A DNA stretch of 64,000 bases from a phage: the sequence record PZ452612.1, one strand, 5' to 3'. The position numbers and the translations under genes are program-made. The notes under the pieces were generated by a model. That model was not told the DNA's origin and made no database searches. It worked only from the letters and a program-made list of their open reading frames with translations. Shown here one piece after another: positions 36,135 through 46,127 of this stretch; positions within the stretch are counted from its first letter, which is position 1, and each line of letters begins with the position of its first letter.

Positions 36135-36496
36135 TATAGACTCTCAGTAAAGGTACGAGCGATAACGTCGCGCTGCTGTTCCGGGGTCAGAGAGTTAAAG
36201 CGAACTGCATAACCGGATACACGGATGGTCAGCTGTGGATATTTTTCCGGATGCTTAACTGCATCTTCCAGAGTTTCGCGACGCAGAACGTTAACGTTCA
36301 GATGTTGACCACCTTCAATTTTAACTTTAGGTTGATGTTCAATTTCAATTTCACGGGCATTCAAACCGTAGAAAATTTCCGGGTCTACAATAGCGTCTTC
36401 TTTAAAAGTCTTAGAGACGATAATCCGGGCTTGAGTACCGTCTTCAAAATAAATAGTGCCTTTATGTGCACCTTCAAGAATTTGATATGCTTTCAT
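36134..36496 (-). CDS. grcA: Autonomous glycyl radical cofactor GrcA/YfiD-like
   Basis: C-terminal ...[62 protein letters not shown] carries the RVSGY glycyl-radical motif and appears near-identical to enterobacterial GrcA as recalled. Confidence 0.85.
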   Translation of the reverse strand: MKAYQILEGAHKGTIYFEDGTQARIIVSKTFKEDAIVDPEIFYGLNAREIEIEHQPKVKIEGGQHLNVNVLRRETLEDAVKHPEKYPQLTIRVSGYAVRFNSLTPEQQRDVIARTFTESL

Positions 36497-36502
36497 ATAA
36501 CC

Positions 36503-36811
36503 TCAATTAGAAAATAAATTTATCCAAGTTTTTTCTTTAATCAAAAATGGGTCAGAACTAAACGCCATTAAACTTTGAGTGATTAATCCCTTAAATGGCC
36601 CATCAATAAATTCCATTTTGAAATGCGGAATACTAGTCATCAACCGTGCGTTAGGAGCAGTACAAAGAACCTGCTGCCCTGCGAACGGACCTTTAGTCAA
36701 ACGGTATCGTTTAGGTTTAAAATGGTAAATCTCGTAATTTTCTACAAGAGCCCTTTTATTGCATACTGGGCTGTTATAACAATATTCAAAAACTTCAATA
36801 GTGGTCATCAT
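36503..36811 (-). CDS. Hypothetical protein
   Basis: 102 aa ORF. Confidence 0.4.
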   Translation of the reverse strand: MMTTIEVFEYCYNSPVCNKRALVENYEIYHFKPKRYRLTKGPFAGQQVLCTAPNARLMTSIPHFKMEFIDGPFKGLITQSLMAFSSDPFLIKEKTWINLFSN

Positions 36812-37347
36812 TGCATTCCAATCACAAAAAATTGAGGACGAGCATTACCGCCGATGCAATATTTGCTTTTGCAGCAGTACTGTACTGTTTTAATATGGAC
36901 ATTGTAAATCTTATCCATATCAGGAGCTTTAATAGGCTCGTCAATTATATACAGAATACGAGAAAGCGTTAATCCACGGAATTTAGAACCTTCATTGCCA
37001 ATAAAACTACGAACAGAATCAGTAAATAAACGGAATCGAATATCATCGCTAGAATAACGAGAAAATTCTTTTTCAATGTTACCAGCAGAAATTTTAGCAT
37101 AAGCTGAAGTATTAGAAAGAACAATAACTGTTCCGCCATCATACAGCCAATTAGCAGCAAAGTTAGTCACAGCAATTGATTTACCGGATTGTCTGCCACC
37201 GTCTAAACGAAGTGTACAGTACTGCTTGAGTACGTCTTCAAACGGTGGGATATAACCGTTCTTACAAATTTCTTCTACTCTAGCATCAGAATGGTGTGTA
37301 AAAGCATTCATCAGGGATAGATAAGGTCCAGTTAAAAATGTTCTCAT
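36808..37347 (-). CDS. Hypothetical protein with a P-loop-like motif
   Basis: DGGRQSGKS in a 179 aa ORF. Confidence 0.4.
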   Translation of the reverse strand: MRTFLTGPYLSLMNAFTHHSDARVEEICKNGYIPPFEDVLKQYCTLRLDGGRQSGKSIAVTNFAANWLYDGGTVIVLSNTSAYAKISAGNIEKEFSRYSSDDIRFRLFTDSVRSFIGNEGSKFRGLTLSRILYIIDEPIKAPDMDKIYNVHIKTVQYCCKSKYCIGGNARPQFFVIGMQ

Positions 37348-37520
37348 TTAGTTTCTCTTTTATGTTGGGCCATTCCGTGGCACATGTTAGGTCCTTCGAC
37401 TCGCTATGTAAACCCATTACCGCACTTGGGCTCGACATTATTACAGGTTGGAAAAGGTACATCACTCAGAGGACTCGACGTTCATGAGGAGAGGTTGCGT
37501 TTCCCTTTATTAGGCAAGAA

Positions 37521-37850
37521 TTATACTCTAGGCTTTTGAGCTTGTTTGGTATTGGATTCCCATGCGGCTTTGGTAATTTTGTTAGTGGCATAACCAAAGG
37601 CATTAGATAGAACACCTTTAGAGTTGAATACATCCAATCCAATAAGTACACCGGCTGTGTTAAATTTAGGAGCAAAGTACGCATTAGTTTTAGAAAGAGC
37701 TTTTTTCAATTCAGGGTCTTGAACCAAACCATCAAAAACGCCTTTACTATTTACTTTATATGTTACTTTGGGATTTTTACCTTCTTCGATAGCAGCTTTC
37801 TGTTCCGCAGATAATGTAACTTCAGTGATAAACTCCTGATATGTTTTCAT
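37521..37850 (-). CDS. Internal (capsid-packaged) protein with N-terminal capsid-targeting sequence
   Basis: Starts MKTYQEFITEV, the conserved T4 internal-protein targeting leader; 109 aa, Lys-rich. Confidence 0.7.
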   Translation of the reverse strand: MKTYQEFITEVTLSAEQKAAIEEGKNPKVTYKVNSKGVFDGLVQDPELKKALSKTNAYFAPKFNTAGVLIGLDVFNSKGVLSNAFGYATNKITKAAWESNTKQAQKPRV

Positions 37851-37858
37851 TTTGTTCC

Positions 37859-38272
37859 TTAGTAAATTGATTTACCATAGTATTTGTACCAAGTCGGACG
37901 TTGAGCAATTTTTTCATCTAAGCGTGCTTGACTTATCGCAATGGACGCTTCGGACGGGACGTAATTATTACGAAATTCTACAGGAATGTCGGAAATATCC
38001 TGGACTGTCGTGTCCTTGATTTTGAAACCACGTTTCAAGCATTCGGCGATTAGCTCGATTTGACGTAAACGTAAAAATTCGAGTTTGTCGTAAAAGAATG
38101 TTACGTGACCTGTGCCTAAGATAAATGTTGGAGAGATTTTAAAATCCTTTACACGTTTACCGTTTTGAACATGTTTACGGACTGCACCAAATACGCGTGG
38201 TAATTCACGATACTCAGCCATAAGATGTTGGTCGGACAGTTCAGAAACAAGTGTTAAATTGATACGAGTCAT
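37859..38272 (-). CDS. denV: Endonuclease V (pyrimidine dimer DNA glycosylase) DenV
   Basis: [35 protein letters not shown]...[12 protein letters not shown] matches T4 endo V as recalled. Confidence 0.9.
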   Translation of the reverse strand: MTRINLTLVSELSDQHLMAEYRELPRVFGAVRKHVQNGKRVKDFKISPTFILGTGHVTFFYDKLEFLRLRQIELIAECLKRGFKIKDTTVQDISDIPVEFRNNYVPSEASIAISQARLDEKIAQRPTWYKYYGKSIY

Positions 38273-38299
38273 AATTTCCTCCAAGTAGTTGATGAATGT

Positions 38300-38329
38300 A
38301 TAGTATCAAAACTCTTGGAGGAAGTAAAC
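38300..38329 (-). promoter_or_regulatory. Early-type promoter (GTTTAC -35, TACTAT -10) upstream of denV
   Basis: Minus strand reads GTTTACTTCCTCCAAGAGTTTTGATACTAT. Confidence 0.4.
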
Positions 38330-38330
38330 A

Positions 38331-38612
38331 CTATTTTTCTGAAGCGCCTGAAATATATTTTTCAAGACGTTGTTTCATCAGCGAGCCGTTCTTAGCGATT
38401 TCTTCCGGTTTATCGCACATACGCAACAAGGCTTCAAGCTTAACGATATCACTGGTGCGCTCAAATTTGCGAGTATCTATCTTACTGGCAAGTTCAGAAA
38501 TACGTGCTAATAGACTTTCAGCTTCAACCAAAGCTGCACCTAGCTTAGTTGCAAATGTGTCAGTAGCTTCGTTAAGAATAGATTCTGATAAAAATTCACT
38601 ATATGTTTTCAT
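38331..38612 (-). CDS. Internal protein (capsid-targeting leader MKTYSEFL)
   Basis: Start at the internal Met; ATG overlaps the stop of gene e. Confidence 0.6.
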   Translation of the reverse strand: MKTYSEFLSESILNEATDTFATKLGAALVEAESLLARISELASKIDTRKFERTSDIVKLEALLRMCDKPEEIAKNGSLMKQRLEKYISGASEK

Positions 38613-39097
38613 ATATACGCTTTCCAAGTTCCTGTTTTAAATGTTGAGATTACGCGTTTCGCTCGATTAGGTGTCTGACGGTACCATTTAGATTGGGCTA
38701 GATTTACTGCCGCTTCATCCCAACGTTTCTGTTGAAGCATACGAAGAGAATTAGTAAAACCAGCGACGCCTGCTACACCCATTTGGAAGACCATATTGAC
38801 CAATGCACATCGACGAACCGCATCTAAAGAATCATATACCGGTTTAAGTTTAGCATTACCCAAGATTCCGCGAACGGCTTTATCAACGTCTTCATTAAAT
38901 AGCTTTTCAGCCTCATCAAGGGTAATTGTACCGTTGCATTTACGTCCGATCATTCTGTCAAGTTCAGCTTTAGCTACGGCTAAAGACGGGTTCTTTGTTA
39001 CTAAATGGCCTATGCCAATCGTCCAAAAGCCTTCAGTGTCTTTGTATAAAGTCAGTCTAAGACCTTCGTCATTACGAAGCATTTCAAATATATTCAT
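38609..39097 (-). CDS. e: Endolysin (T4-type lysozyme) e
   Basis: [32 protein letters not shown]... matches T4 lysozyme as recalled, with the catalytic Glu and Asp in EMLRNDEG / YKDTEG. Confidence 0.9.
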   Translation of the reverse strand: MNIFEMLRNDEGLRLTLYKDTEGFWTIGIGHLVTKNPSLAVAKAELDRMIGRKCNGTITLDEAEKLFNEDVDKAVRGILGNAKLKPVYDSLDAVRRCALVNMVFQMGVAGVAGFTNSLRMLQQKRWDEAAVNLAQSKWYRQTPNRAKRVISTFKTGTWKAYI

Positions 39098-39131
39098 AAT
39101 ACCTCCCACGTTTATAGGAGGTATTTATTAC

Positions 39132-39590
39132 TTATAGGATGGTAGTGAGCACCTTATATAATGATTTACCCATTACATATTCCCATTGAGAAGGTTTAAT
39201 TAAAGCGAATGCATCAAATTCAGGAATCTGTCGTCCGTCTGGGAATGTATGATAGGAATTACAAACACTGTTTCTGAATTGCTCGTGCTCTACAGGGATG
39301 GTATATAGGAACAGATGAATATTCTTATTGTCTGAGTAATGATGTTCACCTAGGTCTTTCAGGAAGGCAGGGTCATATTGTGTAAACCCAGTTTCTTCTT
39401 CGCATTCACGAATAGCGGCTTCAATAGGAGATTCGCCAGGTTCGACACGGCCTTTAGGAATATCCCACCGATGAGTTAATGCACCTTTAGGACGAGAACC
39501 AGTTACACGCCCCATGAATAACTCTTTATCTTCGGTAAGGAAAATAATACCGGCTGATAGCTCTTTCACTTTATTTTTCTTACTCATCAT
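39132..39590 (-). CDS. nudE: Nudix hydrolase NudE
   Basis: Nudix box GRVEPGESPIEAAIRECEEETG; 152 aa. Confidence 0.8.
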   Translation of the reverse strand: MMSKKNKVKELSAGIIFLTEDKELFMGRVTGSRPKGALTHRWDIPKGRVEPGESPIEAAIRECEEETGFTQYDPAFLKDLGEHHYSDNKNIHLFLYTIPVEHEQFRNSVCNSYHTFPDGRQIPEFDAFALIKPSQWEYVMGKSLYKVLTTIL

Positions 39591-39831
39591 CTCGGTCCCA
39601 TGATTTGGCCATTAATTCGGACATAAATTCTTCAATGCGCGTTTCTTTAGATGGACTTTCACTATTAGAGACCGCAAGTTTGTAATCTGCAATAGGACAG
39701 AACATATCAAGGTCCGTATTAAGGTCGTCTTTGATTTTTTCTTCTGACACATCTTTATCGTATGTGTACAGATAACTATCACATGATTCTGATTTAATGT
39801 AAATTGCTATACTCATCTCAAATTCCTGCAT
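39580..39831 (-). CDS. Hypothetical acidic protein
   Basis: 83 aa ORF. Confidence 0.4.
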   Translation of the reverse strand: MQEFEMSIAIYIKSESCDSYLYTYDKDVSEEKIKDDLNTDLDMFCPIADYKLAVSNSESPSKETRIEEFMSELMAKSWDRDDE

Positions 39832-40304
39832 TCGGTAATAAAACGTTCAACTTCATTATTCTTGGCCTTTATCTTGTCTTTATGTTCTTGTAAACTACTT
39901 TTAATAAGATTAATAATGATGGCGGCGGTACCGCCGCCAATGATGCCACCAACAACACTTATGATACTAGATGCTAATAAGATAGCAATAATATCAACAA
40001 AACTGAAAGAACTCACCTTAGTACTAAAAAACCATACCGACGGTGCAAATATAATCCATCCTGTTATCCATTGGCACTTATTGAAAAACTTTTCAAGATC
40101 AGCTTGAGTTGTTCGTATTACTTCATCGATAGGTTGATATCCATTAATGTATCTGTTCACAATAATACCTGCTGGCTGGTCGATTTTAAATTCTTGGCAA
40201 ATACGTTTCACTAAGTAGGATGGACATCCTGTCCAATCTACTGAATAGTATGAAATACCTTCATTGCCATCGTCTATATTAGACCAATATGTTTTGTTAA
40301 TCAT
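39813..40304 (-). CDS. Membrane protein
   Basis: 163 aa; hydrophobic segments WITGWIIFAPSVWFF and IIAILLASSIISVVGGIIGGGTAAIIINLI. Confidence 0.45.
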   Translation of the reverse strand: MINKTYWSNIDDGNEGISYYSVDWTGCPSYLVKRICQEFKIDQPAGIIVNRYINGYQPIDEVIRTTQADLEKFFNKCQWITGWIIFAPSVWFFSTKVSSFSFVDIIAILLASSIISVVGGIIGGGTAAIIINLIKSSLQEHKDKIKAKNNEVERFITECRNLR

Positions 40305-40990
40305 TACCAGCCTTCCATAGGGAATTCCAGATAAACTTGGGTATTGACACGAATTTCATTGGTAATCTTTTTAACTCGGTCTGTATTACGAGATACACGT
40401 CCGAACCAACGCCATCCATTACTAATTGCACGAGAACCAGTGTGCCATGTTTGCCAATCAAACTGAAGAAGAGTACGATCTGGAGCTTCCCATTTCTCTA
40501 GTTCGCCTTTTTCGATTTTTTCGAGGACTTCTTTGTGCCACTGGCGATAGATAAGTTCGCCATCAGGAATCTGACTGAACTCTGCAGTTCCTGTTGCAAA
40601 ATGAGTAGGACACACATCAGCGTTAACAAGACCAAGAATATGTTCAGACAAATAGCGAGGATTGTCATAGTCAGGTTGTCCTGCAGTAATAAAATGTTGA
40701 CCAACCGGAATATCCGGGCGTGGTACGTCATCATGGTGATAACCAGGAATAGCAGGATACCAACCAGGCATCAGCATATGGACTCGTGAATCAAATACTA
40801 CATCCGAGTCTTTCCAATCGTCAGGGAGATTTTGGATAAAGCTACGAGTAATTGGACCGCCGTTATCAAAAGCAAAATTCAAATCGCAATTAAAGAACAT
40901 AGGCTCGTTTTTAATCTGGTCATTTTTAATCGCATGAGCAAAACCACCTACTGCACGAGCTTGACTATTAAACACTTTAGAACTATTCAT
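40304..40990 (-). CDS. Hypothetical protein
   Basis: 228 aa ORF; no motif recognised. Confidence 0.45.
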   Translation of the reverse strand: MNSSKVFNSQARAVGGFAHAIKNDQIKNEPMFFNCDLNFAFDNGGPITRSFIQNLPDDWKDSDVVFDSRVHMLMPGWYPAIPGYHHDDVPRPDIPVGQHFITAGQPDYDNPRYLSEHILGLVNADVCPTHFATGTAEFSQIPDGELIYRQWHKEVLEKIEKGELEKWEAPDRTLLQFDWQTWHTGSRAISNGWRWFGRVSRNTDRVKKITNEIRVNTQVYLEFPMEGW

Positions 40991-40991
40991 A

Positions 40992-41297
40992 TTATTTTCC
41001 TCGACATTCTTTAATGAAATTTTCTAGATTGGTAGATTCAATAGCTTTTTTACGAGCTTCTGCGTGTTCTTCTTCAGACAATTTACATTTATAATTGACC
41101 CAGACGTTATGGTCGAAACTAGTCGTGGCATATAATAACAATGCTCCAACGAATAGCAAAAACGGCGATAAGAATACAAAACCAGGAACACCATCCATAC
41201 TGTAAGCCTTTTGTAATACTGCAACAGAAAGAGCTGCGTAAAAAAGTGATACAAATATTGTTAAAAGACCAATTCGGTTGGTTTCGCCTAATTTCAT
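40992..41297 (-). CDS. Small membrane protein
   Basis: 101 aa with two hydrophobic helices. Confidence 0.45.
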   Translation of the reverse strand: MKLGETNRIGLLTIFVSLFYAALSVAVLQKAYSMDGVPGFVFLSPFLLFVGALLLYATTSFDHNVWVNYKCKLSEEEHAEARKKAIESTNLENFIKECRGK

Positions 41298-41325
41298 AAT
41301 ATTCTCCTCATGTTTTAATAGGACT

Positions 41326-41355
41326 ACTATAACATAGTCCTATCATCATGTAAAC
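41326..41355 (-). promoter_or_regulatory. Early-type promoter (GTTTAC -35, 18-bp spacer, TATAGT -10) inside palindrome ATAGGACTA-N8-TAGTCCTAT
   Basis: Minus strand reads GTTTACATGATGATAGGACTATGTTATAGTAGTCCTAT. Confidence 0.5.
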
Positions 41356-41357
41356 TA

Positions 41358-41621
41358 TTAAATACCAGCTTCGCGTTTAACATAATCGACGTAAGCTTGG
41401 ATAGCTTTCTTGCTGGTAATTTTTACCTGGCCACGACCATTGCCTTCTTTAGAGTTTTTCTTAACAACTACATTACCATCTTTAACACCCCATACATGGA
41501 CGTAAGTACCGATGTTTCGGTCGTAGAACATTGCATGGTCATTGTTGTAAGAGAATGATTCATAGTTCTCTGTCAAAGCAAAAGATTCGGATTCTGCGAT
41601 AAATTCTTTATACGTTTTCAT
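41358..41621 (-). CDS. Internal protein (capsid-targeting leader MKTYKEFIAE)
   Basis: 87 aa; N-terminus matches the T4 internal-protein leader. Confidence 0.7.
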   Translation of the reverse strand: MKTYKEFIAESESFALTENYESFSYNNDHAMFYDRNIGTYVHVWGVKDGNVVVKKNSKEGNGRGQVKITSKKAIQAYVDYVKREAGI

Positions 41622-41653
41622 TTATTTTTCCGTTTGGTTGTTTTGATAGGACT

Positions 41654-41683
41654 ACTATAACATAGCCCTATCAAGATGTAAAC
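41654..41683 (-). promoter_or_regulatory. Early-type promoter (GTTTAC -35, 18-bp spacer, TATAGT -10) inside palindrome GATAGGACTA-N8-TAGCCCTATC
   Basis: Minus strand reads GTTTACATCTTGATAGGGCTATGTTATAGTAGTCCTATC. Confidence 0.5.
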
Positions 41684-41686
41684 TAC

Positions 41687-41974
41687 TTACAGAAGAGTTT
41701 TTGCAATAATTTTAAGCTGAGCTACAGAAATATGCTTAGCTTTAAACAGTGCGGTCTCTTCAGCCGGAGAGATAACAATAGTAGCGCCATCTTTCTTAGC
41801 AGACCATCCATCCCCTAAGTAAACAGTACCTTTTACTTCTTCGCCGTCAACCAGACTAATCATTGGTTTACCCTCACGTCCTTTATTTGCTTTAATAACT
41901 TCGGAAGTAAGGGTTGCTTCGGTCAGAGTAGAAACGTTAGCAACAGGTGATATAAATTCTTTATAGGTTTTCAT
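41687..41974 (-). CDS. Internal protein (capsid-targeting leader MKTYKEFISP)
   Basis: 95 aa; leader as above. Confidence 0.65.
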   Translation of the reverse strand: MKTYKEFISPVANVSTLTEATLTSEVIKANKGREGKPMISLVDGEEVKGTVYLGDGWSAKKDGATIVISPAEETALFKAKHISVAQLKIIAKTLL

Positions 41975-42051
41975 TTTATTTCCTTGAGGTTGTTTATTTG
42001 ATAGGATGATAGTATCACACCATCATACTTATGTAAACTGTTTTGTGAAAA

Positions 42052-42737
<686 letters not shown>

Positions 42738-42741
42738 TTTA

Positions 42742-43476
42742 TTACCTTAAGATTGTTTCAATTTTAGAATAAAGCTCTTCTAAAGAGCCGTCGTTTGTAA
42801 TAACTAAATCGCCTTCTTCAATAGGCAACCCAGCTTCTGTAATATGTTTATCAGTGGATTCCGTACCAGAGCGAACCACATGAATAACTGTAGCACCCAT
42901 CGCTCTAGCGGTTTCCATTTCATGGACTTGGCGTGTATCGGTTACAACATAGTAATCGAAATCACTTCCAATATAATCCATATAGTTTAATGCAAAAAGT
43001 TTAACCCAATACATACGGTCAAATAAATTAACGACAACATCCGTACCGAGGGCTTGCATAAGACGGCGGATTGACCATGTGTCGTTGATATTATTTATAG
43101 CTTCACGCAGGGCTTCATACGGTTTAATATCTAGATATGAATACCCACCTTCTAAGGATGATAATACTTTAACATTATTAATTGGTAAATATTGACTTTG
43201 TAAATAAATTAGCGCTTCTTCCAATAATTCAATAACATCCAACTTATTGAGATTTAATGGTGTTTCACGGTCATATCCGACACCTTCAAAGTATTCGTAT
43301 TTCAACTCTGTGAATACATTAGGGTTTTCGGCATGTTTACGTCCCCAGGCTATTGCTAGAGCGTCTTTAATCGGATATGCCAATTGGTATTTTACGGATT
43401 TAAAGTTTGAATTGATGTAATCAGCAGTGGTGTCTTTACCACTACGTTTGACGCCACTTAAAAAGATTAGCTCCAT
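42742..43476 (-). CDS. 1: Deoxynucleoside monophosphate kinase gp1
   Basis: MELIFLSGVKRSGKDTTADYI P-loop N-terminus as in T4 gp1; 244 aa. Confidence 0.9.
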   Translation of the reverse strand: MELIFLSGVKRSGKDTTADYINSNFKSVKYQLAYPIKDALAIAWGRKHAENPNVFTELKYEYFEGVGYDRETPLNLNKLDVIELLEEALIYLQSQYLPINNVKVLSSLEGGYSYLDIKPYEALREAINNINDTWSIRRLMQALGTDVVVNLFDRMYWVKLFALNYMDYIGSDFDYYVVTDTRQVHEMETARAMGATVIHVVRSGTESTDKHITEAGLPIEEGDLVITNDGSLEELYSKIETILR

Positions 43477-43529
43477 AGGTTTTCCTCATATAATTTATGA
43501 GTGATTATAACATACGGAGCTAGAAGCGA

Positions 43530-44120
43530 TTAACGCAAGGAAGGGTGTCTAGAAATGGATTTAGATTCGACTGCTTGACGTGGTTGTTGAGATACAATGA
43601 CTTCACCATCCTTTTCTATCGTCATATACGCATAGTGAATAGTTGCTACGCACGTAACGGCAGGGTCAGAATCTTCAGTGTAACTAAATTCAATTTCGCT
43701 CAGATCGGAAATCCATGGTTTATAGAAATTTGCCGTCAAAACTACTTCTGTCTTATTGTTATTTAAAATGTGCAAAGTAACAAACTCAGGACCATCGGAG
43801 TGGGCAGTATTATGTCCGGTTATATAGTTATTAGTGCTGAGCATCCATTTATACATGTTCATCCAGGACGTCATGTCTTCATCAACTATAAATCGTACAA
43901 TAAAAGGGTCGTATTCAAATGTGGTGCCTGCACGCATTGCACGTCCTAACCCCATTGTGCCTGTCACAGTTTCAACAACAGGAATTCTCACACCTGGCAA
44001 CGGTGCCGTTTGAGCATTGAGCACAAAACCCGAAGTTCGTGTACTATCTGGGATATCCACAACAAAGTTTGTTATATTTGTTTGGTTAAAAATCTGTCTC
44101 GTTGGACGAGTCATAAGCAC
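43530..44120 (-). CDS. 3: Tail completion / sheath stabiliser gp3 (by synteny)
   Basis: 196 aa ORF between gp1 and gp2. Confidence 0.55.
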   Translation of the reverse strand: MLMTRPTRQIFNQTNITNFVVDIPDSTRTSGFVLNAQTAPLPGVRIPVVETVTGTMGLGRAMRAGTTFEYDPFIVRFIVDEDMTSWMNMYKWMLSTNNYITGHNTAHSDGPEFVTLHILNNNKTEVVLTANFYKPWISDLSEIEFSYTEDSDPAVTCVATIHYAYMTIEKDGEVIVSQQPRQAVESKSISRHPSLR

Positions 44121-44216
44121 CTCAAAAACGCTTTAATAAAAATGCAGTATAATGGTTTTAGGTCTCTTCCATTAATCTGGTTCAACAGAATATCAGAAGA
44201 ACGGAAGAGAATAGAA

Positions 44217-45038
44217 TTAAGATTTCCAAACAGTATTCGCAGAGAAACGTTTTCCTTTTGACATAAATTGCTGAGTAGGTAACATGATTATGTTAGCCCA
44301 GTCTTTAGGAGCTATTTCTGTTATTGTTCCTCTAATGTGGCCTGGCAGGTATGCTTTAATCATTTTGTCCGCACCTTGAAATCCTTTCACCTTGCTCCAG
44401 TCTATCTTCAACTTTGTGTTATTAGTAATAGTAGTTGTGCTAGCATATTGCTTCAGCAATTCTTCAAGAAACTGTTGTCGTGCTTTAGGTGGGATATAGT
44501 GCAAGTTTAACCCATACATCAAATTATGTTTACCTAATCCTAAATAAATAATCAAAGGATATCTGTCCCAATACGGCAGAGTATCTTTATGTTTAGCATC
44601 ATACACGTAAGTATAAATTTTGCCTGGCGTAGGCTTGACTACTTTATGACCTTTTACACTTTTCTTAATTGTTTCAACAAACCACTTAGATGATTTGTTG
44701 TTTACTGCTGCGCCTTCATTTCTAATCTTTTCTCGTATTGAACTGCGAAACGAGTTTATCATCAGAAGTTGACGTTCTTGCTTATTGAGTTTATTTTTAG
44801 GTTTAGATTCAAGCGTTTCAATTTTCTGTGCAGTCTTAATAGATGATGCATATCTAGACATTGCAGATGTAAACGACGAGTATTTTATTCCTTTTGATTC
44901 TGCAAATGCTTTTGCAGTGATTCCTTTCTCTTTAGCTTTCTTGTATTCTAATCCTATCTCAATCCATTTTCTTTCATTCATAGACTGAGCAATCTTAGGG
45001 GCTTGTACGCCTTCAGATATAATTTGGAATATGCTCAT
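44217..45038 (-). CDS. 2: DNA end-protector protein gp2
   Basis: 273 aa ORF, basic, in the T4 gene 2 position and size. Confidence 0.8.
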   Translation of the reverse strand: MSIFQIISEGVQAPKIAQSMNERKWIEIGLEYKKAKEKGITAKAFAESKGIKYSSFTSAMSRYASSIKTAQKIETLESKPKNKLNKQERQLLMINSFRSSIREKIRNEGAAVNNKSSKWFVETIKKSVKGHKVVKPTPGKIYTYVYDAKHKDTLPYWDRYPLIIYLGLGKHNLMYGLNLHYIPPKARQQFLEELLKQYASTTTITNNTKLKIDWSKVKGFQGADKMIKAYLPGHIRGTITEIAPKDWANIIMLPTQQFMSKGKRFSANTVWKS

Positions 45039-45040
45039 AA

Positions 45041-45490
45041 TTACCCCTTGTATCCGAGTTTTCTAAGACCATCTTCGGTTAGAACTCGAAATTTTATATT
45101 TCTCTTTTCAGCAACAGCTGAGGCAGCTTTCCATTTGTCACAGTTCACAGACCAGGTATATATTTCATTCATATAACGTTTCTTTGCTGCGGTAGTAAGA
45201 TTTGCGGGCTTAATAGGTGGTTGAGTTTCTTTCTTTGGTTTTATTTCTACAAAGAACTCTTGACCTGATGCATCTTTCATCCATATGTCCATATAGTATC
45301 GACGTTTCTTACCTTCAGCATTACAAAAATATGGAATTACTGCTGTTTCACTACCCCATGCAATAATTTCTGGATTTTTATCCAACCATTCGAAAAAGAA
45401 TTTTTCCCAGTTTGAACGATACGTTATTTTGGTATGGTCTCCACGGTATTTTTTTAAATTTTTTGGGACCCATTTACCAGAGTAGGCCAT
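45041..45490 (-). CDS. 4: Head completion protein gp4
   Basis: Start at the internal Met [18 protein letters not shown]...; the 48-codon N-terminal extension in the track ORF covers the promoter region. Confidence 0.8.
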   Translation of the reverse strand: MAYSGKWVPKNLKKYRGDHTKITYRSNWEKFFFEWLDKNPEIIAWGSETAVIPYFCNAEGKKRRYYMDIWMKDASGQEFFVEIKPKKETQPPIKPANLTTAAKKRYMNEIYTWSVNCDKWKAASAVAEKRNIKFRVLTEDGLRKLGYKG

Positions 45491-45502
45491 GTTGTCCTCC
45501 TT

Positions 45503-45510
45503 ATAAATAG
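45503..45510 (+). promoter_or_regulatory. Late promoter TATAAATA for gene 53
   Basis: Exact TATAAATA on the plus strand 41 nt upstream of the gene 53 ATG. Confidence 0.6.
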
Positions 45511-45516
45511 TATTAT

Positions 45517-45524
45517 TATTTATA
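45517..45524 (-). promoter_or_regulatory. Late promoter TATAAATA for genes 4-2-3
   Basis: Exact TATAAATA on the minus strand 27 nt upstream of the gp4 ATG. Confidence 0.55.
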
Positions 45525-45551
45525 CCAATTTCATATTGGAAGGAGACTATC

Positions 45552-46127
45552 TTGTTATTTACATTCTTCGACCCAATAGGATATAGTGCTAAAACAGTTG
45601 ATAAGAATGCACCTACTATTCCTATGACAGACATATTTCGTAACTATAAAGAGTACTTTAAGCGTGTGGCTGCCAATTATAGATTACGTTCTTATTATAT
45701 TAAAGGCTCTCCGCGTCCTGAAGAACTAGCGAATATCATTTATGGCAACCCTCAATTATACTGGGTCCTTTTGATGTGCAACGATAACTACGACCCGTAT
45801 TATGGTTGGATTACATCTCAGGAAGCAGCGTATCAAGCTTCTATTCAGAAATATGCTAATGCTGGCGGCGACCAAGTTCTTTATCATATTAATGAAAATC
45901 GTGAGAAATTTTACAATTTGGTTTCATATCCGGACGAGCCTTTAGTGTGGTATGATAAAGGTGATGAAGCTCGTAAGTATCCGCAATATAAAGGACCTTT
46001 AGCTGCAGTAGATACTTATGAAGCTGCAGTATTAGATAATGAAAAACTTCGTAAAATAAAAATTGTTGCAAAAGAAGATATAAACTCGTTTATCACAGAT
46101 TTGATTCGTGAGATGGAGATTGCATAA
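45552..46127 (+). CDS. 53: Baseplate wedge protein gp53
   Basis: 191 aa ORF directly upstream of and overlapping gene 5. Confidence 0.85.
   Translation: MLFTFFDPIGYSAKTVDKNAPTIPMTDIFRNYKEYFKRVAANYRLRSYYIKGSPRPEELANIIYGNPQLYWVLLMCNDNYDPYYGWITSQEAAYQASIQKYANAGGDQVLYHINENREKFYNLVSYPDEPLVWYDKGDEARKYPQYKGPLAAVDTYEAAVLDNEKLRKIKIVAKEDINSFITDLIREMEIA

Noticed and set aside
37348-37520. 173-bp gap between 36808..37347 and the internal-protein gene, examined for a tRNA
   Set aside because: No T-loop (GTTCRANYC with complementary 5-bp flanks) or acceptor stem pairing could be built on either strand by eye; a tRNA scan would be needed to be certain.
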